The position numbers and the translations under genes are program-made. A DNA stretch of 64,000 nt from NCBI GenBank assembly GCA_031282065.1, contig JAITEL010000105.1, positions 1,772 to 65,771 on the forward strand, given 5' to 3'. Under the pieces are notes generated by a model, which saw only the letters and a list, made by a program, of their open reading frames with translations, ran no database searches and had not been told where the DNA came from. Numbering within the stretch: the first letter of the stretch is position 1; each line of letters opens with the position of its first letter. This document shows, in pieces, positions 1 to 9,557 of this stretch. The DNA is from Treponema sp. GTDB taxonomy: Bacteria; Spirochaetota; Spirochaetia; Treponematales; Breznakiellaceae.

Positions 1-62
1 GGATCATGGCATAGCCCCCGCCAAAGGTGCTGCACCCAATCTTGACAAAGGTAAGGCATAAC

Positions 63-1907
63 TCAATATATGCTTTCACTGGTTCTCACGATGGAAAGAT
101 GCAATTCATCCAACTGCTTCTGAGCTACCTCGCTGGGACTGTCATCCAGGGGACTCTGGGCAAAGGAATTCTTGGGGAAGGGGATGACCTCTTTGATCGA
201 GGTTTCCCCGGCTATGAGCATCACCAGGCGATCCAAACCAGGGGCGATACCCCCATGAGGAGGAGCGCCGAACTTGAAGGCTTCAATGAGGAAACCGAAT
301 TTCTGCTCTGCCTCCTGGGGATCCAGCCCTAGGATACGGAAGATCCGTTTCTGTAACTCTGGCTCATGGATACGGATGGAACCAGAGGCCAGCTCATACC
401 CATTGAGGACCAGATCGTAGAGATCCCCCTTCACCGAACCAGGGTCCTGTTCCAGGATTTCATGGTACTGCTCCTGGGGATGGGAGAACATGTGATGGGC
501 CGCTTCCCAGTGATTCTCTGCTTCGTTGAATGCAAAGAGGGGAAAGTCCAGGATCCAGACAAAGGCAAAGTGCCCCGCGTCCAGGAGCCCCAGATCCCGG
601 CCAAGCTTGGAGCGCACCGCTCCCAGGGCGGTGTTGGCTATCTTCCTGCGGGAATCTCCCACCATGAGGATGAGGTCCCCGGGTTTTGCGCCTAAGCCTT
701 TGCTGATGTCCTGTGCCTGGGCGGTAAAAAACTTCCCCACCCCGCCTTCCAGTACCGGCGCAGCTTCAGTACCGGCAAGCTTCATCCAAGCCAGGCCCTT
801 AGCCTGGTAGATCCTGGCATGGGCTTCCAGTTCTTCGATCTGCTTGCGGGAATAGGATGCCTTACCCGGTACCACCAGGGCCTTGACTCCGCCGCCGGCC
901 TGGCTAATCCCCTTGGCTGCGGCGGCCTGTTTTTCCGCTTCCCCAGTTGCCAGGGCGTCTTTGAAGGCTTGAAAACCTCCCGCGCCGACATAGGGGCCGA
1001 AATCCTGCAAAGGCAGCGCAAAACGGAGATCCGGCTTATCCGTACCGTATTGCTCCTGAGCGGCCTCATAGCTCAGGCGGGTAAACTGGGGGGGCAGTTC
1101 CCGGTTCAGGCATTGCTTAAACACATAGCCCAAGAGCCCCTCGGTTATGGCGAGAATATCCTCCCTATCCACAAAAGACATCTCTATATCGATCTGGGTG
1201 AACTCGGGCTGCCGGTCTCCCCGGGCATCCTCGTCTCGGTAACAACGGGCAATCTGGAAATATTTATCAAAGCCCGCCACCATAAGGATCTGCTTATACA
1301 ACTGGGGAGACTGGGGAAGGGCGTAGAATTTACCCGGATAGAGCCGGGAAGGCACCAGGTAATCCCGGGCCCCCTCAGGGGTGGATTTGATGAAGCTGGG
1401 GGTTTCAATCTCGTAGAAGCCCTGGCGGATCATCCATTCCCGGACCGCAAAGCTTACCTCATGGCGCAGGCGGATCCGTTTCTGCATAGCTCCAGAACGG
1501 AGATCCAGGTAGCGGTATTTGAGGCGCAGTTCCTCTTTTGCCCCGGTTTCTTCATCTATGGGAAAGGGAAGGACCTCACTGCGGTTGAGGATAAGCAGAG
1601 TATCTGCGAGCACCTCGATTTCGCCGGTGGCCATCTCAGGGTTTACCATAGCATCCGGTCTCAGGCGAACCACTCCTGCCACCGCGATACAGTACTCGTT
1701 CCGCAGTTCTGCGCTTAGGCTGCTGAGGGCTGCCGGGGATCCTTCCCCCACCACTACCTGGGTAATACCGTAGCGATCCCGAAGGTTAATAAAGGTAATG
1801 CCTCCATGATCCCGCTTACGGTGGACCCAGCCGTTTAATACCACGGTTTTGCCCGCATCCTGCTTCCTTAAGGCGCCGCAATGGGTGGTCCGTTTCAGTT
1901 GTTCCAT
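63..1907 (-). CDS. aspS: aspartate--tRNA ligase, bacterial type with GAD insertion
   Basis: Long ORF with class II AspRS hallmarks: OB-fold N-terminus VVLNGWVHRKRDHGGITFINLRDRYG, motif 2 region FQIARCYRDEDARGDRQPEFTQID, and motif 3 GGIAPGLDRL. ATG at 1907 is preferred over the upstream GTG at 1916. Confidence 0.95.
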   Translation of the reverse strand: MEQLKRTTHCGALRKQDAGKTVVLNGWVHRKRDHGGITFINLRDRYGITQVVVGEGSPAALSSLSAELRNEYCIAVAGVVRLRPDAMVNPEMATGEIEVLADTLLILNRSEVLPFPIDEETGAKEELRLKYRYLDLRSGAMQKRIRLRHEVSFAVREWMIRQGFYEIETPSFIKSTPEGARDYLVPSRLYPGKFYALPQSPQLYKQILMVAGFDKYFQIARCYRDEDARGDRQPEFTQIDIEMSFVDREDILAITEGLLGYVFKQCLNRELPPQFTRLSYEAAQEQYGTDKPDLRFALPLQDFGPYVGAGGFQAFKDALATGEAEKQAAAAKGISQAGGGVKALVVPGKASYSRKQIEELEAHARIYQAKGLAWMKLAGTEAAPVLEGGVGKFFTAQAQDISKGLGAKPGDLILMVGDSRRKIANTALGAVRSKLGRDLGLLDAGHFAFVWILDFPLFAFNEAENHWEAAHHMFSHPQEQYHEILEQDPGSVKGDLYDLVLNGYELASGSIRIHEPELQKRIFRILGLDPQEAEQKFGFLIEAFKFGAPPHGGIAPGLDRLVMLIAGETSIKEVIPFPKNSFAQSPLDDSPSEVAQKQLDELHLSIVRTSESIY

Positions 1908-2008
1908 ATATACCACTATAACCGTGCCGGTGAATCCGTATCAAGGCGGAGAGACCGGTACTCTTTTACGATGGAGTCTGCCCAAACCCATGCAGGGAAC
2001 GGTGGCCC

Positions 2009-2068
2009 CGGTCAAGGTACCGCCGGGAGGTGCAGGGTGCGGCTGCCATCTCCCGGCGGGCTTGACCG
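2009..2068. other. long imperfect hairpin (about 22 bp of pairing) in the aspS / mscS-like intergenic region
   Basis: cggtcaag (2009-2016) pairs with cttgaccg (2061-2068). ccgccgggag (2020-2029) pairs with ctcccggcgg (2050-2059). An inner gcag/ctgc pairing adds to the stem. The strand of any RNA product is undetermined. Confidence 0.4.
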
Positions 2069-2436
2069 TAGTTTTGGAACAGGCTCAGCTCTCAAAGGAT
2101 ACTGTTTCCACAGGAGCATGGAACACATGAGCTTAGGGATGAAAACCAGACGGGAGCTTTTTGAGGCAATGGGCTCTATTGTTTTATCCAGACCCATGTA
2201 CTATAGTAGTGGCTAGAAGTTTCTGAAGCTTCATTGCTATGGTATATTTTCTGTATGTGTTCTAGATGTAAGCTGCACGGATACTCAAGGTCAAAAAACG
2301 AATACTTGCTTTATAGGATAAGAGGATTATCGAGGGGATAAAGGGCTTTGGATAGATGGACATAAGGGCAGGCAAGCGGAATTTGTAAAGCCCTTGCAAT
2401 CCACAAGACTCCTCGGTGAAAAAATGGAGGTATACT

Positions 2437-3804
2437 ATGCGTTTCCTATCTTTTGTATGTGGCCTTTGCGTCTTGGCCATCAATCTGCTCGGACTTCCTC
2501 CCCAGGGCCTGTATGCCCAAGGGACCCTTCCCATTCCCCTGGTCCAAGAGGGGGAGGATGGAATAGTTCTCCAAACCGAAGAACGAGAAAACGTGGTAAC
2601 CGGTACCTTGATACGGCTGAACCTGCCTATACGCTTAGGTATAGCCGCGGCGATTATCATAATCCAGGCTTTGCTCATACGTTTGGTCTGGTCCCTCTTT
2701 AAGAAGTTTCAGGATAGAATAACCCTTTACGGGCAAACCTATTTTAAGCCCCTCATCATTAAGCGGTATCGCCTCTTGGAGATCAATCAAATGCTTAATA
2801 TGGCGTACTTCCTGTTGCGCATCGTAAAAGTTCTGGTCATTATCTTCCAGTTGTATCTGACCCTGCCCCTGGTATTCAGCCTCTTTGAGCCGACCAAGCA
2901 CCTGGCTTCCACCCTCTTTGGCTACATATTGAACCCCTTACATTCCACCCTCATTAACATAGTCAGCTACATCCCCAATTTCATTACGATCATCATCATC
3001 ATCGTGATCGCCCGCTATGTGCTGCGGACCATTAAATTCTTTACCACCCAAATAGAAAAAGGCAAATTGGTTATACCGGGGTTTTATCCTGACTGGGCTG
3101 AACCGACCTACAACATATTACGGGTCCTCTTATTCGCCTTTACCCTTATCGTGATATACCCCAACTTGCCGAACTCGGATTCCGCGGTTTTTCAGGGGGT
3201 TTCGGTGTTTGTGGGTATTATATTCTCCCTGGGTTCCAGTTCGCTCATCGGAAACCTGGTGGCAGGTATTGTGCTCACCTATATGCGCCCCTTTACCATT
3301 GGGGATCGTATCAAGCTCAACGATGTTACCGGTTTCGTGGTGGAAAAGTCCGCTATGGTTACTCGAATCAGGACCCACAAGAACGAATTTATTACCTTCC
3401 CCAATATGACGCTGCTCACCTCAAGTATTACCAATTACAATTTCTCTGCTGCTGAAAAAGAAGAGGGCCTTATTCTCCATGTAAACGTTTCTATGGGGTA
3501 TGCCGTTCCCTGGCCTCTGGTACATGAGATACTCCTTACCGCGGCTGCTAAGACAGAGTATATCCTGGAACATCCAAAACCCTATGTCTTGCAAACCGCC
3601 TTCAACGACTACTACGCCTGCTATGAAATCAACTGCTACACCAAGACCGTGGCTAAGGTTCCGAAAATTTACTCTGATCTCTACCAGAACCTTCAGGACG
3701 GCTTCAGAGCTGCCCATCTCGACCTGACTACACCTACCTACAATATCCGTTTGCCTGCGGAATCCGAGATAGTAATGCCGGAAAGCACTCCCCCTAAAGG
3801 CTAG
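2437..3804 (+). CDS. mechanosensitive ion channel, MscS family
   Basis: Multi-TM N-terminus followed by the MscS pore/beta-domain signature SLIGNLVAGIVLTYMRPFTIGDRIKLNDVTGFVVEKSAMVTRIRT. GGAGG lies 7 nt upstream of ATG 2437, which is an internal Met of the tracked ORF 2416..3804. Confidence 0.85.
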   Translation: MRFLSFVCGLCVLAINLLGLPPQGLYAQGTLPIPLVQEGEDGIVLQTEERENVVTGTLIRLNLPIRLGIAAAIIIIQALLIRLVWSLFKKFQDRITLYGQTYFKPLIIKRYRLLEINQMLNMAYFLLRIVKVLVIIFQLYLTLPLVFSLFEPTKHLASTLFGYILNPLHSTLINIVSYIPNFITIIIIIVIARYVLRTIKFFTTQIEKGKLVIPGFYPDWAEPTYNILRVLLFAFTLIVIYPNLPNSDSAVFQGVSVFVGIIFSLGSSSLIGNLVAGIVLTYMRPFTIGDRIKLNDVTGFVVEKSAMVTRIRTHKNEFITFPNMTLLTSSITNYNFSAAEKEEGLILHVNVSMGYAVPWPLVHEILLTAAAKTEYILEHPKPYVLQTAFNDYYACYEINCYTKTVAKVPKIYSDLYQNLQDGFRAAHLDLTTPTYNIRLPAESEIVMPESTPPKG

Positions 3805-3808
3805 CCTC

Positions 3809-4960
3809 ATGAAGGGATTGCAAGGCTCAAAGAACAGCCGCTGGCTATGGTGCTTTTTCGTGGCCCTTCTGGTGATCGGGTTTCCTGCATGTCAATCCGA
3901 ACCGGTGCACCCAGAGGTGGAACAGAAGCCGGATGTAGCCGATGAGGATATCCAGATCGAGGAGTATACCGTGGAAGAAAGCCCTGAGACAGCCCTTAGG
4001 GTCCCGGCTTCCGAAGAAGAGGCGGCAGCAGAGAAAGCCCCGGAAGAAGAGCCGGAAGAGGAACCGGGAGGGGTATCTTCGTTTGGAGAAATCTGGGGCT
4101 ACCTCATCAGCGGCAAAGAAGATGCCTTCACCAAGGAGGCTCCCCTCACGGATATTGGGTATTTTGGAGCGGAAGTGGATTCCTATGGCCAACTGGTAAA
4201 CGTCCCCAATCCCAAGGCTATTCCCCGGTTTTCAGGACGGATACACCTGGTAGTGGGCTGCACAGGCAGGGCCTTGTCCCATTTCGTGCTCATGGAAGGC
4301 AGCCCGGTGCGCAAGCAGTTGATCGCCGACTTGCTTGAAAAGGCAAAGCCTTTTGACGGCCTGCAAATTGATTTTGAGGATGTTCCTCCCAGGGACCGGG
4401 ATACCTTCCATTCCTTTCTTGCAGAGCTGCGTAAAGGTCTTGGCAATAAGCGCTTCACCATTGCCCTTCGTGCCCGGCTTCGTACCCTGGATAATGACGT
4501 CTACGATTATGAAAGAATCAAGCCCCTGGTGGACCGGATCCTGGTGATGGCCTATGACGAACATTGGGCTACCAGCGAGCCGGGGCCCATTGCTTCTATG
4601 GACTGGTGTAAAGCCGTGGCCTCCTACTCCCTTAAAACGATAGGGCCGGAGAAGCTCATCATGGGACTGCCCTTTTATGGCCGAACCTGGGGAAGCAGCA
4701 ACCTCTTCAGGGCTTTCCATTTCTCAGGAATAGAGCGGATTAAACAGGAGCATCAGGTTACCGAAGTCCGCAGGGAACAGGGGATACCTACCTTTACCTA
4801 TGAAGTTCCGGTTAGGGTTACCGCCTACTACGAAGACGAACAGTCCCTTTCGCTGCGCATGAAAATGTACCGTACCCTGGGGGTGCAATCCATTGGATTC
4901 TGGGCTTTGGGGCAAGAGAGTCCTCGGATATGGAAACTGCTCAGCCTCAAGAAGGACTAG
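3809..4960 (+). CDS. glycoside hydrolase family 18-like lipoprotein
   Basis: Signal peptide with lipobox (VIGFPAC). GH18 catalytic-type motif DGLQIDFEDV, plus LVMAYDEHW and GLPFYGRTW. An acidic Glu/Pro-rich linker follows the lipobox. Confidence 0.7.
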   Translation: MKGLQGSKNSRWLWCFFVALLVIGFPACQSEPVHPEVEQKPDVADEDIQIEEYTVEESPETALRVPASEEEAAAEKAPEEEPEEEPGGVSSFGEIWGYLISGKEDAFTKEAPLTDIGYFGAEVDSYGQLVNVPNPKAIPRFSGRIHLVVGCTGRALSHFVLMEGSPVRKQLIADLLEKAKPFDGLQIDFEDVPPRDRDTFHSFLAELRKGLGNKRFTIALRARLRTLDNDVYDYERIKPLVDRILVMAYDEHWATSEPGPIASMDWCKAVASYSLKTIGPEKLIMGLPFYGRTWGSSNLFRAFHFSGIERIKQEHQVTEVRREQGIPTFTYEVPVRVTAYYEDEQSLSLRMKMYRTLGVQSIGFWALGQESPRIWKLLSLKKD

Positions 4961-4978
4961 GGCGCCGCTGCATATCCG

Positions 4979-6313
4979 TCATGAGAGAAACCGGTATCCC
5001 AGGGCCCGAAACCCCTTGCGTTTACAATCCCCCAGGCGATTAAACCCCGAAGGCTTCTTCCTGTCAAAGCGTTCTGCCTCAGACGCAGGCAGGGCCATGA
5101 TCACCATAGCTCCTGGGGAGAGCAGTGCGCGGAGCCCCTCCCAGAGGGGGATGATCCGGTCGGTTTGCGGCACGAATCGGGGAAAGCCCAGGATGAGCTC
5201 ATAGGTGCGGCCCTCTGGTTCCAGGGCAGCCGCGAGGGCTTCCCGGTTTATGCTGAGGTCTAAGCCGGCTATGGCAAGGACGGCTTGCGGGTACATATTA
5301 TATCGGGACGCTTCCAGAGCAAGGATATTCCTGCTGAAAAACACCCAACGGCAGCCCGGGGACGCCGCGGAAGGCTTTTCCTGGGCCAGGTACTCCAAGA
5401 ACCAGCGGGGAAGGTGTCCCTGACCAGGTTCATAGACCAGGATGGAACTCCGGGGAGGAAGCCTGAGCTTATCTGGGTGTAAGCGGCGTATCAGTTTGGC
5501 TGCCACCTGGACCGCTCCGCTGGGGTTGTCAAAGTCCTCTACTCCCTGGATGCTGTCCAGGGAGTAGCCTAAGCCCTCCAGGACATAAGCCCCGCGGCGG
5601 CGATGATACATAGGGTAATCCTGAAGCAGATGCCCTCCCGCCTGCACCGGCTCCAGGGGGAGAGGCGAAGCAGGGGGGCCGTACATGAAAACCCTATGCT
5701 CCCTTCCCGGTTCATCGTATTGCAAGGGAAGCTTTGCCCGGGCGATCTGAGCACGCAGAAAATCCGCCAGCGGATTAACCACCACGATGAGCACCGAGGC
5801 TCCCGGATTCAGCAAGGCCGCAGAGCGGCAGATAAAATCCGCCAAAACCGGTTTTCCTGCCTTGGCAGGGAGGTTGGAAATGATGAGGTCCCAGCGGGCA
5901 TGCCGCGGGCCGCTCAAGAGGGGCTCGGTATGGCTTGAAAGCAAGCCTGGAGGGATGCGGTTTTTTTGGGCGTTGTAGGCGGTTATGACCCGGGCCAGTT
6001 CGTCCCTGTCCTGGCAGCGGACCTGGCATTGTCCCGGGGGCGTATGCCCCGGGGCGAGCAAGGCTCCGGCTATACAGATGCCTATGACCCCCACCCCGCA
6101 GCCTGCATCCAGAACCTTCTGCGGCAGGGGCCGCCCTTGGCCCTGAGCCTGGTCCCACTGCCGGGAAAGCACTTTAAGCAGGAGCTCGGTGCCCGTATCC
6201 ACCGCAGCGGCGCTGAACAGGCCCTGGGAAAGGGCAAAAGAAAAGCCCTGGGCCCGGAACCTAAAGGGCACTTCTTTGCTTATATAGGCTTCTGCTCCGC
6301 GGCAAGGGCTCAT
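4979..6313 (-). CDS. class I SAM-dependent methyltransferase, two-lobed RsmC/RlmG-like
   Basis: SAM motif I VLDAGCGVGVIG and motif IV-like IISNLPAK in the N-terminal half. It starts 8 nt after efp on the same strand, so it is probably co-transcribed. Confidence 0.6.
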   Translation of the reverse strand: MSPCRGAEAYISKEVPFRFRAQGFSFALSQGLFSAAAVDTGTELLLKVLSRQWDQAQGQGRPLPQKVLDAGCGVGVIGICIAGALLAPGHTPPGQCQVRCQDRDELARVITAYNAQKNRIPPGLLSSHTEPLLSGPRHARWDLIISNLPAKAGKPVLADFICRSAALLNPGASVLIVVVNPLADFLRAQIARAKLPLQYDEPGREHRVFMYGPPASPLPLEPVQAGGHLLQDYPMYHRRRGAYVLEGLGYSLDSIQGVEDFDNPSGAVQVAAKLIRRLHPDKLRLPPRSSILVYEPGQGHLPRWFLEYLAQEKPSAASPGCRWVFFSRNILALEASRYNMYPQAVLAIAGLDLSINREALAAALEPEGRTYELILGFPRFVPQTDRIIPLWEGLRALLSPGAMVIMALPASEAERFDRKKPSGFNRLGDCKRKGFRALGYRFLS

Positions 6314-6320
6314 GCAGGGC

Positions 6321-6884
6321 TCAATCGTTTACCCGTTCCACGTATTCTTTGGTTTCGGTATTGACCAGGATCTTATCATGTTCCTTGATGAACAGGGGGA
6401 CTCGGACGGTAAGCCCGGTTTCGGTAACAATGGGTTTGGTAGCCCCTGAGACCGTATCGCCTTTCACGTAGTTCTCGCTTTGAACCACGGTGAAGACCAC
6501 TTTATAGGGGATCTTAATATCGATCACCTTATCTTCCCAGATGCTCAGTTCATAGACATCGTTTTCTTTAAGGTAGTACTTTTTGTCTTCCAGATCAGCT
6601 ATAGGCACTTCGTACTGCTCATAGGTTTGAGTATCCATGAAGTGGTAATAGTCCTGGTCGGCGTATTGAAACTGGCAGCTCGGGTTGCTCACCTGAGCGT
6701 CCTCTATTTCCGATTGGGTAGGTATGGTCAAGCTCAAGACCCCTCCGTCTTTGATACTCTTCATCTTGACCCGAGCAAAGGCGCCTCCTTTCCCTGGATT
6801 GACGAATTCCCGCTCTACCACGATGTAGGGCTGCCCCTTTTGAAGCAGACAGGTTCCCTTGGAGATATCTCCCCCTCGAATCAT
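6321..6884 (-). CDS. efp: translation elongation factor P
   Basis: Typical EF-P N-terminus: ISKGTCLLQKGQPYIVVEREFVNPGKGGAFARVKMKSIKDG. The internal Met (MIRGGD) gives a canonical length of about 187 aa. Confidence 0.95.
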   Translation of the reverse strand: MIRGGDISKGTCLLQKGQPYIVVEREFVNPGKGGAFARVKMKSIKDGGVLSLTIPTQSEIEDAQVSNPSCQFQYADQDYYHFMDTQTYEQYEVPIADLEDKKYYLKENDVYELSIWEDKVIDIKIPYKVVFTVVQSENYVKGDTVSGATKPIVTETGLTVRVPLFIKEHDKILVNTETKEYVERVND

Positions 6885-7206
6885 ATATTCCTCACTTAGC
6901 GCTAAATTACGATGAGTATACCGGGCAGGAAGCTTCATGGCAATAGGTTTACCGAAACCAGCCGGGGGAGAGGACTATGGCCAGACAGAGCCACCGATCA
7001 GCGAAATCAAGAAACTCATGGGAGAGACGGGGCTTGTCAACAGCGGCCCGGCGGGGGAAGTGATTACCGTGAGTTCGACTCTCAGATGATGCGTGCCTTT
7101 CCCCCCAGTGGGTTTATCCTGGAATATGGCAGAATCCTCCAGACCGTGATACAGTATACTCACGCTTTATTGAGGCGTGATCCTGCTCTGATGTAAGGAA
7201 GGAACT

Positions 7207-9525
7207 ATGAAACGCTCATCAGCTATCCACGTATGCATACAGGCAAGTCTGCTCATCCTCCTGGGCAGCGCGCTCTTAGGCTGCGCCTCCCCTCCTGCGG
7301 TGAATCCTGAACAGGAACGGCTTGCGGCAGAGGCACGGACGCGGGCGGAAGCCCGGGCTCAGGCTCAGGTGGAAGCCCAGGCTCAGGTGGAAGCTAAGGC
7401 TCAGGCGGAAGCCCGGGCTCAGGCGGAAGCTAAGGCTAAGGCACGGGAGGAAGCAACCCTGGCCATACTCCCCTTCACCGGCTTTGAGGGGGAGGAGGGG
7501 GAGACCATCGCGGAACTCTTCTCCTTTGAGAAGCCTATAAGCGATTCCTTTACCCCGGTGCCGCGGACCAGCATTATCCGGGCAATGCGGGATGAGCAGG
7601 GCTTTCAGGAGTCATCGGGCTTTACCAACCCGGATACCCTGGCTGCCATAGGCAGGCAGCTGGGCGCGCGGTACGTGGTCTGCGGCGCTAGTACCCGGCT
7701 GGGCAGCCAAAACCTGCTCATCATCTCCATACTGCACATAGAAGACCTGCGCCAGATAGCCGGGGACTTCCAAATCTGCCGGACTCCCGATGAGATACGG
7801 GGCAAGCTCCCTGCCATGGCGAAGGCCATTGCCGCGGCCATCCATGAGGATGTCTCGGCCCTGCCCCTGCTGGCCGTCCCTCCGGTGCAGTTATCCGGCG
7901 GAGCAGACAGCCGGGAAGCGGACACCCTGGCCCAGATACTGGCCTTACACCTGGTGAGAAGCGGGACCTATGCGGTGTATCCCCGCACCAAGAGCCTTGA
8001 ACAGGTGCAAAGGGAGTACGACAACCAGTTTGGGGGGGATGTGGCGGACGAATACCTGCCCAATCTGGGCCGGGGGACGAACCCGCGGCTGGTCCTGTCG
8101 GTAAGCGCCCGGAGCTTCGGGGGTACGGCTATGTTCAATGCGGCGGTCATAGACCTGGTGAGCGGGGTGCAGAAGGCCGGAGGCTCGGCAGACTATGAGA
8201 GTCTTGATAAGGCTCTGGCAGCTATGGAGGAGTTGAGTCTTAAACTGACCGGCCGCTGGGAGGCCGTACTCAGGGAGCGCGCTGACCACCACACCGCTGC
8301 AACAGAGGCCGCCTTTACCCGGGCCGTTGCCGCCATCAACGGCAACCCCGCAGGCGGCGCCTATACCATCACCCTAAACGGCAGTTTTACCAGCAACCGG
8401 GTTATCTTTCTTACCGGCAATGCCCCCAAGACCATTACCATCCAAGGAGACGGACCCGGGCGTACTATCAGCAATGACCGGGACCAGGCGCTGTTTACCG
8501 TACCGGAAGGCATAAGGCTGGTGCTGGACAATTACCTCACCCTGGACGGCAACCATAAGAATGCCTTTGTGGTGTCTGTAGAGAGCGGGGAGCTTATTAT
8601 GAAGGAGGGATCACGCCTGTGCAATGCCGAAGCCGGCGGCGTGTATGTCCACAGCTCCAGTACCTTTACCATGCAGGGGGGAACCATAAGCGGCAATACC
8701 GCATCCTCCTCCTTCTCTGGCGGCGGCGTGTATGTTGCCGGCAACGGCAGCTTCACGATGAAAGGCGGGACTATAAGCGGCAATACCGCATCCTCCTCCT
8801 TCTCTGGCGGCGGCGTGTATGTTGCCGGCAGCGGCAGCTTCACGATGGAAGGCGGGACTATAAACGGCAATACCGCATCCGACTCCTCCTCTGGCGGCGG
8901 CGTGTATGTCCATGGCGGCAGCTTCACGATGAAAGGCGGGACCATAAGCGGTAATACCGCATCCTTCTCCTCCTCCTCCTCCTACTCCTACTCTGGCGGC
9001 GGCGTGTATGTCGCCGGCAACGGCAGCTTCACGATGGAAGGCGGGACTATAAGCGGTAATACCGCCTCCTCCTCCTCCTCCTCCTCCTCCTCCTCCTCCT
9101 ACTCTGGCGGCGGCGTGTATGTTGCCGGCAGCGGCAGCTTCACGATGAAAGGCGGGACTATAAGCGCCAATACCTCCTCCGCCGCCGCCGCCGCCTCCTC
9201 CTCCTACTACTCCTACTCTGGCGGCGGCGTGTATGTTGCCGGCAGCGGCAGCTTCACGATGAAAGGCGGGACTATAAGCGCCAATACCTCCTCCTTCTTC
9301 TCCTCCTCCTCCTCCTTCTACTACTACTCCTCTGGCGGCGGCGTGTATGTCGCCGGCAACGGCAGCTTCACCAAGAAGGGCGGGGGTACTATAGACAGCA
9401 CCAACTCGGCAGAGTCGGGAAAGGCGGTGTATATACAGGAAGGTTCCAAACGACGCAACAGCACCGCCGGTCCAAGCGTGAACCTGGACAGCGCTAGAGC
9501 CGGCAGCGAAGGGGGCTGGGAATAA
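7207..9525 (+). CDS. large surface lipoprotein: Ala/Gln/Glu-rich repeat, two LpoB/CsgG-like domains, C-terminal Pmp-like beta-helix repeats
   Basis: Lipobox LLGCAS. AEARAQAQVEAQ periodic segment. Two modules of the ILPF...GARYVV type. Eight units of GGGVYVxGxGSFTMxGGTISGNTA. Confidence 0.8.
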   Translation: MKRSSAIHVCIQASLLILLGSALLGCASPPAVNPEQERLAAEARTRAEARAQAQVEAQAQVEAKAQAEARAQAEAKAKAREEATLAILPFTGFEGEEGETIAELFSFEKPISDSFTPVPRTSIIRAMRDEQGFQESSGFTNPDTLAAIGRQLGARYVVCGASTRLGSQNLLIISILHIEDLRQIAGDFQICRTPDEIRGKLPAMAKAIAAAIHEDVSALPLLAVPPVQLSGGADSREADTLAQILALHLVRSGTYAVYPRTKSLEQVQREYDNQFGGDVADEYLPNLGRGTNPRLVLSVSARSFGGTAMFNAAVIDLVSGVQKAGGSADYESLDKALAAMEELSLKLTGRWEAVLRERADHHTAATEAAFTRAVAAINGNPAGGAYTITLNGSFTSNRVIFLTGNAPKTITIQGDGPGRTISNDRDQALFTVPEGIRLVLDNYLTLDGNHKNAFVVSVESGELIMKEGSRLCNAEAGGVYVHSSSTFTMQGGTISGNTASSSFSGGGVYVAGNGSFTMKGGTISGNTASSSFSGGGVYVAGSGSFTMEGGTINGNTASDSSSGGGVYVHGGSFTMKGGTISGNTASFSSSSSYSYSGGGVYVAGNGSFTMEGGTISGNTASSSSSSSSSSSYSGGGVYVAGSGSFTMKGGTISANTSSAAAAASSSYYSYSGGGVYVAGSGSFTMKGGTISANTSSFFSSSSSFYYYSSGGGVYVAGNGSFTKKGGGTIDSTNSAESGKAVYIQEGSKRRNSTAGPSVNLDSARAGSEGGWE
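7345..7446 (+). repeat. 18-bp (6-codon) coding tandem repeat, about 5.5 copies
   Basis: gcggaagcccgggctcag / gctcaggtggaagcccag / gctcaggtggaagctaag / gctcaggcggaagcccgg / gctcaggcggaagctaag. Confidence 0.8.
8631..9400 (+). repeat. eight near-identical coding repeat units (about 84 to 114 bp) with expanding Ser/Tyr/Phe/Ala codon runs
   Basis: The core ggcggcggcgtgtatgt...ggcagcttcacgatgaaaggcgggactataagcg recurs from about 8636 to about 9335. Unit length grows 5' to 3' through TCC/TAC/TTC/GCC runs. Confidence 0.9.
9067..9099 (+). repeat. (TCC)11 in-frame trinucleotide microsatellite (poly-Ser)
   Basis: Eleven uninterrupted TCC codons, counted directly between gcc (9064-9066) and tac (9100-9102). 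Confidence 0.95.
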
Positions 9526-9530
9526 GGGCT

Positions 9531-9557
9531 AAGGAGGGCCCCCTCACCGCCCTCCTT
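9531..9557 (+). terminator. GC-rich hairpin directly after the lipoprotein stop codon; no U-run
   Basis: aaggagggc (9531-9539) pairs with gccctcctt (9549-9557) around a 9-nt loop. It begins 6 nt after the TAA at 9523-9525. Confidence 0.4.

Noticed and set aside
819-1718. A 299-aa plus-strand ORF and other ORFs overlapping aspS
   Set aside because: It is antisense to aspS and has no recognisable motifs. The same reasoning applies to 14202..15155, 20830..21390, 21592..22413, 30895..31602, 49107..49934, 50353..51174, 51983..52909, 57491..58324 and 60920..61729.
1917-2220. A T-box leader or riboswitch controlling aspS
   Set aside because: The ggtaccgcc string resembling the T-box core lies on the plus strand, while aspS is on the minus strand. 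On the minus strand I found no specifier-loop or AGAGA, T-box or terminator/antiterminator arrangement. The B12-box and SRP-like resemblances were only short partial matches.
7070-7086. A tRNA or tmRNA-like T-arm (gtgagTTCGActctcag) in the efp / lipoprotein intergenic region
   Set aside because: The T-stem has only 4 bp. The downstream sequence (atgatgc) has no complementary 5' acceptor strand at the expected distance. There is no CCA or discriminator context, and no D-arm or anticodon arm could be drawn.
8532-8954. Antisense and alternative-frame ORFs inside the lipoprotein repeat region (8532..8945, 8611..8913, 8619..8954)
   Set aside because: They are periodic translations of the same repeat DNA. 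The sense frame carries the signal peptide, the lipobox and a continuous 772-aa reading frame.
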